The position numbers and the translations under genes are program-made. The notes beneath the pieces were generated by a model, which saw only the letters and a program-made list of their open reading frames with translations, was not told the origin of the DNA and searched no databases. A stretch of 63,204 bases of DNA, the filler included, from Hyphochytrium catenoides (lineage: Eukaryota; Protista; Hyphochytriomycota), in the NCBI GenBank assembly GCA_900088475.1. It is 6 parts of 6 records of this genome, joined end to end, with 100 filler letters (N's around TTAATTAATTAA, not from the genome) between each part and the next. Parts side by side here need not be neighbours in the genome. Positions count along the whole stretch, not along the records: positions 1 to 30,376 come from FLMG01002695.1; 5 more parts are not named here. The stretch is one strand, 5' to 3'. Of the stretch, positions 1-12,031 are shown piece by piece (position 1 is the first letter of the stretch; each line of letters starts with the position of its first letter).

Positions 1-236
1 GCTGCTGCCAGAGAGACAGATAAGGAAACCGAGAGAGAAGGAAAGAGAGAAGGAAAGAGAGAAGAGAGAGAAAAAGAGAGGCAGGAGAGAGAAGACGAAA
101 ATCTTCCCGTGAGGGAGGAGACGCTGTTGGAAGTGATGGAACTTGGAGTGGAGAGCCCTGCTGTCAGCCCTGAAGCTGTCATTGAGCTCTTCTCTCTTGC
201 ATCCCAGGTGGGAACAGAGAAAGATGAAAAGAGAGA

Positions 237-281
<45 letters not shown>

Positions 282-1605
282 AGGCCCTTTCTTTAAGACC
301 TTATTATTTGTTCTCACCGTTCCCTCTCTATCTGCACGTCTCCTTCCACGGTTTGTGGCTCTGTTTCTCTATTTTCTCTCTCTTTAGTCCTAGTCCGTTG
401 ACTACCCGCTTGTTGTTCCTCTCTCTCTCTCTCTCTTCTCCTCTTTCTCTCTGTTCCCCTCTGTCTTCTCCTGTCATCTCGTCGGTCTCTGTCTCCTCTC
501 TCTCTCTCTTTTTTTCCTCTCTCTTCGTTCTTGGTATCTTAGCACATAATCCTTGTTTCTTTCTTTCCCTTCCTTTTCCTCTTTCTAACCTCTTTCTTTC
601 TTCAGTTCAAAGCATTTCATCCTTCTCCCGCCTTTCTCTCTCTTCTCGCCCGCTGCCACGCGAGAAGGAGCGACTTGAAGGCGTTGGAACAGTTGCAGGA
701 GAAAGTCATAAGCGAGACGAGGTGCCCCCCTTATCACTCTTCTCTCTCTCTCTCTCTTTCACTCTCTCTCTCTTTCTGTCTCCTGTTTTTCGTCGCTCTC
801 CCTTCTCTCTCCCGCGGGGCGCTTCTTTTTCTCTCTCTTTCCTCTCTCAAGCTATGAAGTCCAGTGAGCCTCTCTCTTGTGACACTTCTCTTCGTTGACC
901 TTACACGCGATTTCCTCTCCTCTCTTTCTCGGCGCTTTTCTCTTGCTTACTTGTCTCTCTTTTGTTTCTTTCTCTCTCTCCCTCTCTCTCTCTCTCTCCC
1001 TCTCGCTCTCTCTCTCTTTCCATCTCTCTCTCTTTTTCCCTTCCCGCGAGACAGGCTGCCAGACTCTATCTTGGTACACGCGCTGATAATGGGCTACATA
1101 GAGAACAACGCTCTCTCTCGGGCTCTCTCTCTCTATGATGACATGAAGAAGAGAGAACGAGAAGAGAGCAGGTTGACAAGAGAGAGAGAGACAGAGAAAG
1201 AAAAGAAAAGCCTCATCGTCTCTGAGGCCACCTACCACCAGCTCATTCGCGCCTGCGGATCTTCTGGATTTGTCGATAGAGCTCTCTCTCTCTTTGAAGA
1301 GATGAAAGGAGAGGGAGAGAGAGAGGGATATAAGCCCACGACGGAGGCGTACAATGCGCTTCTCTTTGCCTGCACAGCCGCTGACCATACGGAGGATGGC
1401 TATAGGAAGGTGGGTGAGGTCAGAAGGGAGAGATGAAAGACAACGGGGAGAGAGACGCACAGGCAGACAAAAGAGAGAGAGAGAGAGGGTGAGAGAGAAC
1501 GAAAGAGAGAGAGAGAGAGAAGAGGAATTCCGCAGGAGTGAGAAGCGCTAGAAAGAAGGGAAAGAGCCTCGGCGTTCTGAAAAGCAGTAGACCAATACCC
1601 ACTGC

Positions 1606-1636
<31 letters not shown>

Positions 1637-3688
1637 TTGTCAATGCTTTTCTTCTCTCTTTTTAGGCCTCTGCGCTTCTCTCTCAGATGAAAGCAGAAGG
1701 TGTTCCTCGCTCGACTGCGTCTTTCTCTCCACTGATGACAAGCGCAGCCAACATGGGAGACAGCTACAGGGCTCTGGGCGTCCTGCAGCAGATGAACGAC
1801 GAGGGAGTGGCGCCGGACAAGGAGACATATGAGGCAGCAATCAGGTGGGAAGCGCGGATAAAGAAAGAGAGAGAGAGAGAGGGAGAGAAAGAAAGAGAGA
1901 GAGAAAGAGAGAAGAAAGGCGCCGCATTGCGCTCAAGGCGAAGTGGTGGGAGCCAAAGAGCAAGAAGATAGGTCCAGTAATGCTGGTCAACGCCCATACT
2001 ACTTTCATCCCTCTTTCTCTCTCTCTCTCTCTTTCTTTCTCTCTCTCTCACACACATTCTCTCTCTTTCTCTCTCTTACTGTTACCATGGTTGTTCGCGN
2101 NNNNNNNNNNNNNNNNNNNNNNNNNNNNNNNNNNNNNNNNNNNNNNNNNNNNCTCTTTCTCTCTCTTACTCTCTCTTCTCTCTCGCTTGCAGGGCGTGTG
2201 CGGTGCAGAAGCCCCCAGAAGGCCCGTCTCCTCCCTTGTTATTCTTTACTCAGTTCACGCTCGGCTCTCTCTCCGTCATTCTTCTCTCTTCTCTTGTCTC
2301 TCTCTCTCCCAAAATCACCGGGAACCAGCTTCTCCTGGTCTCTTCCGGCTTTATCGCTATAATGTATGGCTTCAGGACCACGGGGAAGACGTTAGCTGAG
2401 CAGTTTCTCTCTTTCTATCGAGAAGGGAAAGAGTTTGGCGGCGGCTTGAAAGGCGTGACAACCTTGCTTCTCAGGAGAGCGAGTGAGGAAGGAAGCGTGA
2501 AGAGAGCGCTTCATGTCTATCAAAAGATGAGAGAGAGTCCCTTTCTCTCTCTCCGGCCCGACACGGCAACATACTCTCTTCTCCTCTCCACCTGTATAGA
2601 AAAGAAACAACTAGGAATCGCGTATGTTCTCATAGGAAATGCAGAGCAAGAGGGTAAGCTCCTGATGCACCCTCTCTCTCTCTCTNNNNNNNNNNNNNNN
2701 NNNNNNNNNNNNNNNNNNTCTCTCCCGCTCCCTCTCTCTCTCTCTCTCTCTGTGTCGGGCTTGTCGTCTTATCCATTCCTTTCTTCATTTCTCTCAATCT
2801 TCCTCGTTGCCCTCAATTCCTTTACTGCTTGTCCGTCTCTGGCTCTTGCAACTCTGCGATTCCTCCGCCCTTCTTGCCTCCTTTCTTCTGTTCCCCCCAA
2901 CCCTCACCCCTCCCTTTCCTCGCTCTCATTCTGTCTCCTCTCTCTCTCTTCTGTTCCCTCTCTCTCTCTCTCTCTCTCCTGTCTTCTCTCTCTCTCTCTC
3001 ACCTTCATTCCACCTTCATTCTCCAAGGTGTAAGAATCGGGGATGAGAGTCTCCTCCGTCAGTTGGTGGAGCTGCTGGTGAGCACTAAGAATCTGAAGCA
3101 CGCAAGGAAGGTCTTCCGCGTCGGGATGAATGAAGGACTCTGGGGCTTCACCACTAGGAGAGACAAGGCAAGAACTTCCCTCTCTCTTTCTTGGCTTTTT
3201 CTCTCTCTCTCTTCGATGTTTATTGCTCCTTTTATTCTATTTACTCTTTCTTCTATGTTTATAGCCGGCATGCTTCCTCTTGCCTTTGTCGCTCTTGTTC
3301 TCGCGGATCAGAGACCACATGAACTCCTCTCTCTTTCTCTCTCTTTCCCTCTCTCTCTCTCATCTTTGAAATTAACAGCAAACTTGTGTAGGCCGTTCAA
3401 GAGGAGACAGTGGACCTTAAGCACCTTCCACTCTCTCTCTCTCGTCCCGCTGTCGGCGTTGCTCTCGAAGATTTGTTGAAGAGATTCAGGGAAACGTCAT
3501 CTTCTTCGGTGTCTCTCTCTCTCCCCCGCTACGTTCTCTTTCTCTGCACTCCCTCAGGGAGAGAAGAGGTGCGAAAGGCGCTGGAGGAAGATGTGAAGCC
3601 TTCGCTGCCTTGGCTGCCAGATCATCAGAGAGAAGATGCGCTGGTGCTAGACTGTGATGCACTCTGGAGAAGAGTAGAGCTTCGTTAA
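1..3688 (+). CDS. Pentatricopeptide-repeat protein with C-terminal Smr-like domain, 5' truncated, at least 7 exons
   Basis: Hand-spliced exons <1-207, 606-721, 1055-1409, 1666-1844, 2193-2653, 3028-3167 and 3392-3688 keep frame. PPR motifs: PDSILVHALIMGY, SEATYHQLIRACGSSGFVDRALSLFEEMK, PTTEAYNALLFAC, PDKETYEAAIRAC, PDTATYSLLLSTC. Last exon VDLKHLPLSLSRPAVGVAL resembles the Smr 'LDLH' start. Stop TAA at 3688. Confidence 0.8.
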
Positions 3689-4145
3689 GAAGAGACTCTC
3701 TCCCTCTCTTTCTCCTCTCTTTCCCTCTCTTCTGTCTCTTTCTCTCTTTCCCCGCTGCTGATCTGCCTCGCTTATCGTCGTTCCCTTTCCATCCATTTCT
3801 CTTTTTTCCTCTCTCTCTCTCTCTGTTTCTCTCTCTCCCTGTTTCTTCAAGTCTCACACACAGAGTAACGGAAGAGCGTTTAGTTAGTTTATTTATTGGC
3901 AGAGAGAGAGAGAGAGAGAGAAGTCAGGGAGGCTAAAGAATAAATAAAAAGCTACTTCAGGTTGCCCGCCTAGCAGCAGAAAGAAAGGAAGACGAGACGT
4001 GAAGAAAAAAGAGAGACCTCCAACACAGTGAAAATCTATCATTCAGAACCACTGGGCTGTTCTCTCTCCCCTATTCTTTTTCTTGACCATCGCTCCTACT
4101 CGAGTGCCACAAGGCTAAGACCTTGCAGAGGAGAGAGAGAGATAT

Positions 4146-4189
<44 letters not shown>

Positions 4190-4214
4190 CCGGTTTGTCC
4201 CTTCCTCTCTCCCC

Positions 4215-4555
4215 TCAGAGATCGTCCATCGCATCTTCCATCTGCACTGATTCTGCTTCCATTGACCGTCCTCCCTGTCCTAGCGACGCATTGGAGAGAG
4301 GTTGAGAGAGAAGAGACGAGTGTCCATGACTCTGTTCTCTCATGCTGCTGTCGTCATCCCCCATCGCCATAGAACTGTCCTGCACCGTCAGGATCACCCA
4401 GACGGGGTCGCCGAAGTAACCTCCAGGATAAGAGAGACGCCTGGGAAGAATGAGAGAGAGAGAGAGAGAGAGAAAGAAAGAAAAAAAAGAAAGAGAGAGA
4501 GAGAGAGAAACAGAGAAAGAGAGAGAGAAAGAAAGAGAGAGAAAAGAGAAACAGC

Positions 4556-4589
<34 letters not shown>

Positions 4590-5028
4590 AGAGAAAGAAT
4601 AGAGGAGACAGATGGGTGAGAGGAAAGAGGACAATGCAAAGAAGGTATCACAAAGGGGCAAAGGCAAAAGAAGCGTCATGAGAGATAAAGAGAGTCATAG
4701 AATTTGATGAGCAAGAGAAGACTAAAAGACGATATTAGGGAAAGAGAGACAGACCAGACAGAGAGACACGAGACTGAGGCAGAGAGAGAAAGACAGAGGC
4801 AGAGAGACACAGAGGGACAGGCAAACAGCCAACCAGGGAGAAATGGAGGATTGAGAAGGAAGAACAATCGAAGAAGGATGGAGAGACAAAGGAAAACGAG
4901 TGCAGTCAGAAAGAAAAAGCGTCCTAAGCAGTAGAGCAGTGAAAAGCGCGTCAGCTTTGTATAAAAAGAAGTGAATAGATTTAGGGCAAAAAAGAGAAGA
5001 GACAGAAGAGAAAGGAGAGAGAGAGAGA

Positions 5029-5068
<40 letters not shown>

Positions 5069-6090
5069 ACTCACCAGTTAGCATAGTGCGCTCCACTGGT
5101 GATTGGCGTCCTGATCCTGACAGGGACATCGAGCTGCTCGCCTGGCGCTGGGCTGCCAAGCTTCAGACCCTCAGGCCCGTCCATCGCCTCTCCGTCGGCA
5201 AGCGCCAATGTCACTCCGGCAGGCCAAGGCCGGCTTCCAATGTTTCGGAAGGACCAGAGCTGGCATAGTCCGGGCATTAGAAAAGTGAGAGAGAGAGAGG
5301 GAGAGAGAGAGAGAGAGCGAGAGAGAGAGAGAGAGAGCGATGGAGAGAAACAGCAGGAGAAGAGTGAGAAAGATGTAGAGTAAAAGGAGAAAATAGAACA
5401 AGGGACACAAAGGCGGTGAGGGTTCAATGCATGAGAGAGGACCAGGAGGGGTGGAAGAGAACAGAGACGGAGGGAGAAGGCGATAAGCAAGCAGAAAGAC
5501 CACGACGACACCGACAGGCAGTAAGGAGAAGACAGAGGGCCCCAAAGGAGAAAGAGAGAAAGAGAGAGAGAAACAGAGAGAGAGAGAAACAGAGAGAGAG
5601 AGAGAAGCAGAGGAGAGAAACAGAGAGAATAACAGAAGAGAGAGAGAAAAACAGAGAGAGAGAGAAACAGAAAGAGAGAGGAAAACAGAGCGACGGTGGT
5701 GGAGAAAGAACAAAAGAGAGAGAGAGAGATTCGATTTGTGCTTACCATTTCTATAACCTTGTTCGGCTCATGCATCCCTTCTTGCAGCGGGGACAGATTG
5801 CAGAGAAACTGAGCCTTTGGTGGCTCTGAAGCGAGAGACAAGGCAGAGAGAGAGTTTGAGAAGGCTCGAGAATCATCCGCTTGCATCGGGTCTCCAAGGG
5901 CTGGGCCCCCTGGGAAGGCGGAGAGATAAGTATTGACCGCTAGCTCGACGTTCCAGTTTGAAGATTCGAGGAAGAATTGGGCCATGTTTCCATCACACTG
6001 AAGGATTCTAGAAAATTGCTGAAGGAGTGATTCCCTGTCATTGGTGTGCATGCTCGCCAGCATGTGGATGATGTCGTTAGGGTCCGACAT
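4215..6090 (-). CDS. ILRUN: ILRUN/C6orf106-like protein (UBA-like + NBR1-type FW domain), 3 exons
   Basis: Exons 6090-5746, 5259-5075 and 4440-4215, all GT-AG. N-terminal DRESLLQQFSRIL...AQFFLESSNWNVELAVNTY (UBA-like); WSFRNIGSRPWP...YANWRLSYPGGYFGDPVWVILTV (FW domain). Confidence 0.85.
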
Positions 6091-6839
6091 CCTGGAGCCC
6101 AGGATTAACAATGCGTAAGGCTGCGACTAGCTACGCAAAGGATGACGGAGATGTAGCGAGCAGCTACTTTCTAAGAGGAGGACGGGAAGCTAGGAGAGAA
6201 GCACCTACAAGGGTCAAGAAGATTTGACGGTAGAAGATTGCCACTTGCTCCCAAGGATGCGTCAGCTCCACACTGTCTCACAAACTTGGTGCACAAAAGC
6301 CAAGACGAGGGCCGTCTCTGTTTGATGCAGGAGGTTGCTTTGCAGGAGGCTGCTTGGCAGGGAAGAGATCGCCTAATCTCACAGAGCTTCGTCTTCCGCA
6401 ATGACAGTCGAGGATTTCTGCAGATTGAAGCTGTGAATAAGAAAAGAAAAAGCTTCAGAACAGACGCGAACTCTTTAAACCCAAAATCCGAATTTACACG
6501 AGGATAGTTAGTGAACCAAGGGCTTACATGACCGAGAACTATGATCCTTGAATGTTATCTGGATAGTCAACGAAGCTTACCCGATATTAGTAATGCGGTC
6601 CTGAGTTTTAGAACAAGCAGTAATTCAATACTTGTACAGGACCGGTTACTGCCCGTTTAATTGTGAGGTTACTGATAATTGATTATCAAGGCACAAATGT
6701 AACGACATTTTCACGGACAAGTGCAAACGCAGATGGCACAGGCACCAGCCCTGCTCCCGGTAGGTCATCCGGGCTCTCTCTCTCTCTCTTTCTCTCTCTC
6801 CTTCTCTCTCTCTCACTCTTTCTCTCTCTCTCTTTCTCG

Positions 6840-6870
<31 letters not shown>

Positions 6871-8098
6871 GCTCCCTCTTTCTTTATAAAAAAAAGAAGA
6901 CTGGTCTGCCACCCAGGGATGGCCTGCCTGACAGCTCTGGTTGATCAGAGAGATGCAAGAGAGCCGGGAAGAGATATCCTCTAGAGCAGGGTAAGATTCT
7001 ACGAACAAGCGTAAAGCGCTGCTTCTCTTAGCAAGAATGGTTCTTTGCATCTTCAACCCCACTTTGCAAGCTTTATTCACCCTGAAGCAGACGTTCAGTG
7101 GCCCTATCCATGCTGCCGGAGCCCGTTGTTTATTTGGCCTATGAAAAAGCGCTACAGGTTCATTAACAACAAGAAATGTTGGGGCACTTGGCCAGAGGCG
7201 GTGGCTGTTGCTAAGCCGGCTTTGGTCATCCCATGAATGTTCTGTTCGGAGACGACCGCCTCATACTTATTCCTTTATCTCAAGAGTGAAAGAGAGACCG
7301 TCTGCTGGTGACCTTTACGCAGTAATTATTGTTCTAGTCTTGTCTTATGTGTGAAGCCTCATTGCTATGGCTGTCAGATGGCGGCCTTACCATGGAAAAC
7401 TCTTGGTAGGAGGGACTGATTGGGGCTTGGAGCCTCCCAAACCCACCAAATGATCCCCTCCATCCGCACGCAACGATGATGATGAGAGAGAGAGAACTCC
7501 ATAGACATAACGCCAACAAAGGGCAATGGGTTAGGCCTGATAGCGCTGAGGACACAGAGCGCCCCAGTGCCACTGCCACTCGAGCAGACAGACAATCAAA
7601 AGCTTCAGGAAAAAGAGTTGCGGTCTTTCATTATTCTCGTCTCTCCTCTGCTAAACGCGCACGAGAGCTTAACACATAGATAAGTTGAAAGTTCATCCCT
7701 CTGTTCTCTATCACTTGAGCTCCAGGTAGCCTTTGTCCACATCTCCTCTCTTCCCGTCTTCTCGCTACTCTATGGTGCCTGCTTGATAGGTCCAACCTAG
7801 CCGCTGAGTGCTGAGTGACCCTTCCACCGCTTGGTCTTCACAGCTGCAGAGACTTTGAGGGACATTGAAGCCCCTATTGACCTTAGCTGTAGTGCCTTCG
7901 CGCCGAGCGCCATCGCTAACATCCTCTCTCGCGCGCGCGGGCGCAGATTGTGTCTCCTCGTCTGTGCCATTGACAGTCAATGTGCCCTCTGTCTCCCGAT
8001 TCGCAGCAGCTGGGTTCTAAAGGTTCTCATCTTAGCGCTTCAGAGCCACATCTAGAGGTTCCCCCTGCGCTGTCCCGCTCTGTCTCTGTCTTTGCCGC

Positions 8099-10642
8099 TT
8101 ATGGATCGAACTCTCCAATCACTTCTGCCATAAAAGGCAGCTTGGAAATGCACTTCATCCCTTCTTGCGCCGCTATCGCTGCCAACCTCTCGGCCTCTCC
8201 GTCACCTCGCTGTGCAGCTATTCTGCAGTACTCAAAAAAGGAATAGAAGAGAGTCTGGCATTTACTTTCCTCCAAAAGCCCTTGAGAGAGAGAGAGAAGC
8301 TGTGGGTGAACCTTTGTAAGCCAAAGACCGTCGTCCACACTTTGAATGATGAGCAGGGCGAGTACCAGCAGCTGACCCCACAGCTCCGCAGCAGAAGAGA
8401 GAGGGGAAGGAACTTCCTGTGCGGGTTCTCTTTCCCTTGCAAGATCGCGCACTGTTCGAGCTAGAGCTTCAGCGGCAAGGAGAAGGGTCGGGATAGACTT
8501 CAAGAGAGAAGGATGGTCTCTAAGAGGAGACAGCTCTCTGTCTGGCGACCAGGACGAGGAAACGAGGAGATTCCCACCTTCCCTCAGGATATTGATCAGC
8601 ACTGCAGCTACCGTCGATAAGAGTTGGAGTCTCTCTTCTGTCTTTTCTCCCGCTTTACGAAGTCCCTGCTCTTGTTCCAGAGAGAGAGAGTCCTTAAGCT
8701 CCCGTTCTAACAAAAGTGCCAACTTCTCCAAGGCGCCAGCCTCAGCTAAGGTTCGTATTGAGTGCTCCTCGTAGCTCCATTGCAGCAAAGCCGGGAGAAG
8801 GAAGGGGATAATCGAGAAAGTCTGCCTATCCTCATTCCTCTTTTCGCTATCTTTATGTCTAAGAGAGGTACGAGGAGAGACAAACTGGACATCTGCAATC
8901 TTCAGTAAGAAGTCAAAGACCTTTCCTGCTGCTTTCTCCAGGTATTCCGCGTCTTCCGAGAGAAGAGCTCCCATATACCGTGCTGTGGCAATGATACAGC
9001 TGGAGATGAGCTCCTCCGCTGTGGCCGACAACGGTTTCCTCAATCTTTCATAGAGATCTGTGCGATCTCCCTCTGGAATTTTCTCCTCTCTTGCTCGTTC
9101 CTCTATTTCTCCATAGTACTCTTGTATAACGTCTCCCACGCCTAGAAGGGACTCTCTCACTTTAAGCACTGTCTCCGCTGGCACCGGCGCCCAATAAGAA
9201 GGAGGAGAAGAGGCAGACAGCGACTTTTCTCTCTCCTCCATACCCTCCAACATAGCAGTGAAGATTCCGATAATTTGCTCAAGAATCTCAAGGCAGAGAG
9301 AGACGAGGTCTACCTGCTGCCTCAGCTGCGTCCTAAAGCTCTCTTCTTCGGCATAGCGCCGCTCAGTCTCTTCTCTCCTCTCAAAGAAGGACAGAGAGAG
9401 TTCATCCAAAGTGAGTTTAACCTCAATCGCTGCAAGCTTGCCCAGCAGAGCGATCAGCTGCTGTGAGGCTTTGTCTCTCTCAGCAGTTCCTCTCTCTCCT
9501 TGTGTTTCACTCTCTCCCTCTGACACTAGCCATTCCTTACCCAAGGCTAGAAGCCCTGTACGTGCCAACATGAGGAGTGACCGTCTCTGCTCGGCAGGAA
9601 GCCTGTTCTGGAAGCAAGAAAAGAGTCCTGACCGGAGCTCTCGTCCTCCTTTCTCCGCCAAAGGCTGAGAAGGACGAGGTGACAGACACCGGTAGCGCTC
9701 TAAGAGGGAGAGAAGAATAGGCGGAAGGTGAAGGCGAAGAAGAGAGCGGTCTTCTCCAAAGACTGTCAGCAGAGAGCGGAGGAGATCTTCCAGCTCTGCC
9801 TGTTCTAGAGGAAGGGATCTACTCCGTCCTCTTTCGTCGTTGTCTTGGGCTCTTTCTAGCGTGTTTAGCAGTGTGACGGTGCGCAGGCGGAACTCTTCCA
9901 TGGCATCGCTCCTCCTTTTCTTAGTTTGGTCCGCCCCTGGCCCTCCTATAGACTTCTCTGTCTCTTCTCTGGCCTCTTCTTTTTCTTCCTCTTCCAGAAG
10001 TGCAGCGAAATCGAGGGTGACCTGCAGATTTTCTGCTAGAACTTGCCATACAAATCCTTCGCCCCTGAGAAGCTCTCGACCTCCATCTGCAGCGCTGATG
10101 CCTTCCAAGTAGTCTGCAGAGTCTAAAAGGAAAGAGATCCAACTGCCAAGGTTCGCCTTCTCCTGCTCTGTAGTCTCTTTCTTTCGGCTAAGAATATCTC
10201 TGACAGCATAGCAAGCACCTTGAGACAAGCCTACAACCTGGAGGATCATCTCCCTGTCTAGTAGGTGAAGGCGGCAGAGCTCAGGATCTTGGGAGAAAGA
10301 AGAAAGAAGATTGACGGCGAGAGACTGGAACATGGAAACGCGCTCATTGCGGACAGTTGGCATTGGCTCATCTTCATCTCCCTCCTCCTTATACTTGGCT
10401 CTCAAACCCTGAGTATCAGACGTCACAAGAAGACGGCGTAAAAAGGAGACGCCTAGTGCCTCAAGCACTTGTCTTCTAAGTGCGGCCAGCGCTTTAGGGG
10501 CATGATCCGTCTGCCTGTTGACATACTTTGATATCAGAAGAAGGCCCGAAAGCTTATACTCATCTTGAGGATACGATAACAGACGAAGGCACTCCGTCAC
10601 TCGCTGCTGCTCTGTCGTTTCTGCAGCAGTGGAATCCTCCAT
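8099..10642 (-). CDS. NCDN: Neurochondrin-like ARM/HEAT protein, single exon, 847 aa
   Basis: Long clean ORF. ECLRLLSYPQDEYKLSGLLLISKY...VLEALGVSFLRRLL...LAVNLLSSF matches the recalled neurochondrin N-terminus; Leu-rich helical composition. Confidence 0.7.
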   Translation of the reverse strand: MEDSTAAETTEQQRVTECLRLLSYPQDEYKLSGLLLISKYVNRQTDHAPKALAALRRQVLEALGVSFLRRLLVTSDTQGLRAKYKEEGDEDEPMPTVRNERVSMFQSLAVNLLSSFSQDPELCRLHLLDREMILQVVGLSQGACYAVRDILSRKKETTEQEKANLGSWISFLLDSADYLEGISAADGGRELLRGEGFVWQVLAENLQVTLDFAALLEEEEKEEAREETEKSIGGPGADQTKKRRSDAMEEFRLRTVTLLNTLERAQDNDERGRSRSLPLEQAELEDLLRSLLTVFGEDRSLLRLHLPPILLSLLERYRCLSPRPSQPLAEKGGRELRSGLFSCFQNRLPAEQRRSLLMLARTGLLALGKEWLVSEGESETQGERGTAERDKASQQLIALLGKLAAIEVKLTLDELSLSFFERREETERRYAEEESFRTQLRQQVDLVSLCLEILEQIIGIFTAMLEGMEEREKSLSASSPPSYWAPVPAETVLKVRESLLGVGDVIQEYYGEIEERAREEKIPEGDRTDLYERLRKPLSATAEELISSCIIATARYMGALLSEDAEYLEKAAGKVFDFLLKIADVQFVSPRTSLRHKDSEKRNEDRQTFSIIPFLLPALLQWSYEEHSIRTLAEAGALEKLALLLERELKDSLSLEQEQGLRKAGEKTEERLQLLSTVAAVLINILREGGNLLVSSSWSPDRELSPLRDHPSLLKSIPTLLLAAEALARTVRDLAREREPAQEVPSPLSSAAELWGQLLVLALLIIQSVDDGLWLTKVHPQLLSLSQGLLEESKCQTLFYSFFEYCRIAAQRGDGEAERLAAIAAQEGMKCISKLPFMAEVIGEFDP

Positions 10643-10689
10643 TGCGAAGGCTAACGATCAATCACGCGGTGCAATCCATTAAGAAGAGT

Positions 10690-11480
10690 GTCCTCTTCAA
10701 GATAAACACATGAGCACTGGCAGCAACCATCTATAGTGGCAAGCCATTAGGCACAAGTTCCATTAGCCCTTTTGTCGAATAAGCTTAGAGTGCTCTTGGG
10801 CTAGGGAGGTCTAAGAGTTGGAACAGATCTCCAAATGGGTGTCTCAGCTCATCACCATCTGCCCAAAGATGCCAAAGACGCAATAATCTTCATAATAACG
10901 CTGCGGAAAAAGCTCAAATTATCTCAACTTTAGGTCGCAAGAACCGCCATCAAAATAGAGTTCTGATGTACCAAAAACCAAATAAGCGATAATCATTCTT
11001 TCTAACTACAGGTTATTCTCTTTCGGTTACCAATCCTATTGATGTGTGCTTGAACCCAGACAGTACGTCCCAGGTTGTCCGTCACAAGATAAGGGTTATA
11101 TCTATGTGTTCAATGGAGTAGTAATATCACGGCCTGCTTTTTTGGTAAAAAGTGTCAAGAGGCTTTTCTCACCCTCGAACAAGGTCTGGTCAAATCTGAT
11201 GAGGAGAGTGAGTACCTCCGCCTATCGGGGGGGACGAGACGTCCCTTGGTGGTACTGAGTCCATCATACGTGCTTTTATTGGATGGGGGAGGCATGCCGG
11301 CGCCATACCTAAGAGCTACTGTCACCCAGATTGTGTTGTACCACCCATCCCTCGCAATGTTAGCTCTCCGGTCAGCCGAATACAACGAGGACTCACCCAC
11401 CTTCATCTGCCCCCTAAATACCCAAAATAAACCACCGCAGATGAGGGTCAAACCTGATCGGAATAGTATTAGGTCCGAGC
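10690..11480 (-). mobile_element. Degenerate hAT-like (DUF659-type) transposase relic
   Basis: Minus-strand peptide LYSADRRANIARDGWYNTIWVTVALRYGAGMPPPS resembles hAT 'FY..GIPFN.A..PYF..M...YG.G..PPS'. Downstream are frameshifted LSCDG and C..AHVF.L fragments in the expected order, with many stops. Confidence 0.4.
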
Positions 11481-12031
11481 CAGCCCAATAACTACGACAG
11501 AGCTAAATGAGGCGGCAATAGTTTTGGGTCTGTTCCTTCAAGTCGCCCACATGGCCAGGTAGAGGAGAATGCGGAACTTTACAAAAGGCAACACATACTT
11601 CCCCCTCACCGGAATCTCTCCGCACTCTGTCTCCTAGACTGCATCTCTGTAAGTCACTCTCACTTTTGCATTTAATGTCCTAGATAGCTAGTTACCGTAT
11701 CTAATGCTGACTCTGATTTGAAGTTATATATCTCTATCTATTCTCTCTCAATGTCCATAACTCTGTTTTGCCATTTCTCTCTGTTTTGGCGTTTCTCGCC
11801 TCTGTTTCCCCCTCGTCTGCACATCTTTGAAGACCTCACAAGACATCATCGCCAATTTTCTTGACAGAGCTTCCAGATTGAGATTGAGACTTCGGTTAAT
11901 CGGCTCCCTGGCTTCCTGAGCTCTGCAGTCCCCGCTTTGCAAGAGATCGCTGCTTAGCTACGGTTTATACTGAGCTTATTATAGATAGTGTTTAGTAGTG
12001 CGCTACAGGGGTTCTACTCGTCTCAGGAAGC

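Noticed and set aside
143-898. Many ORFs rich in LSLSLS or ERERER (e.g. 143-898, 17481-18122, 38446-39426, 47491-48426)
   Set aside because: They are translations of stop-free GA/CT microsatellites in introns or intergenic DNA; spliced models explain the coding parts.
6200-8050. Short ORFs between ILRUN and neurochondrin
   Set aside because: No recognisable motif or consistent splice model.
11196-11240. CTGATGAG hammerhead-like cores (also near 49870)
   Set aside because: No correctly placed GAAA or flanking stems were seen.
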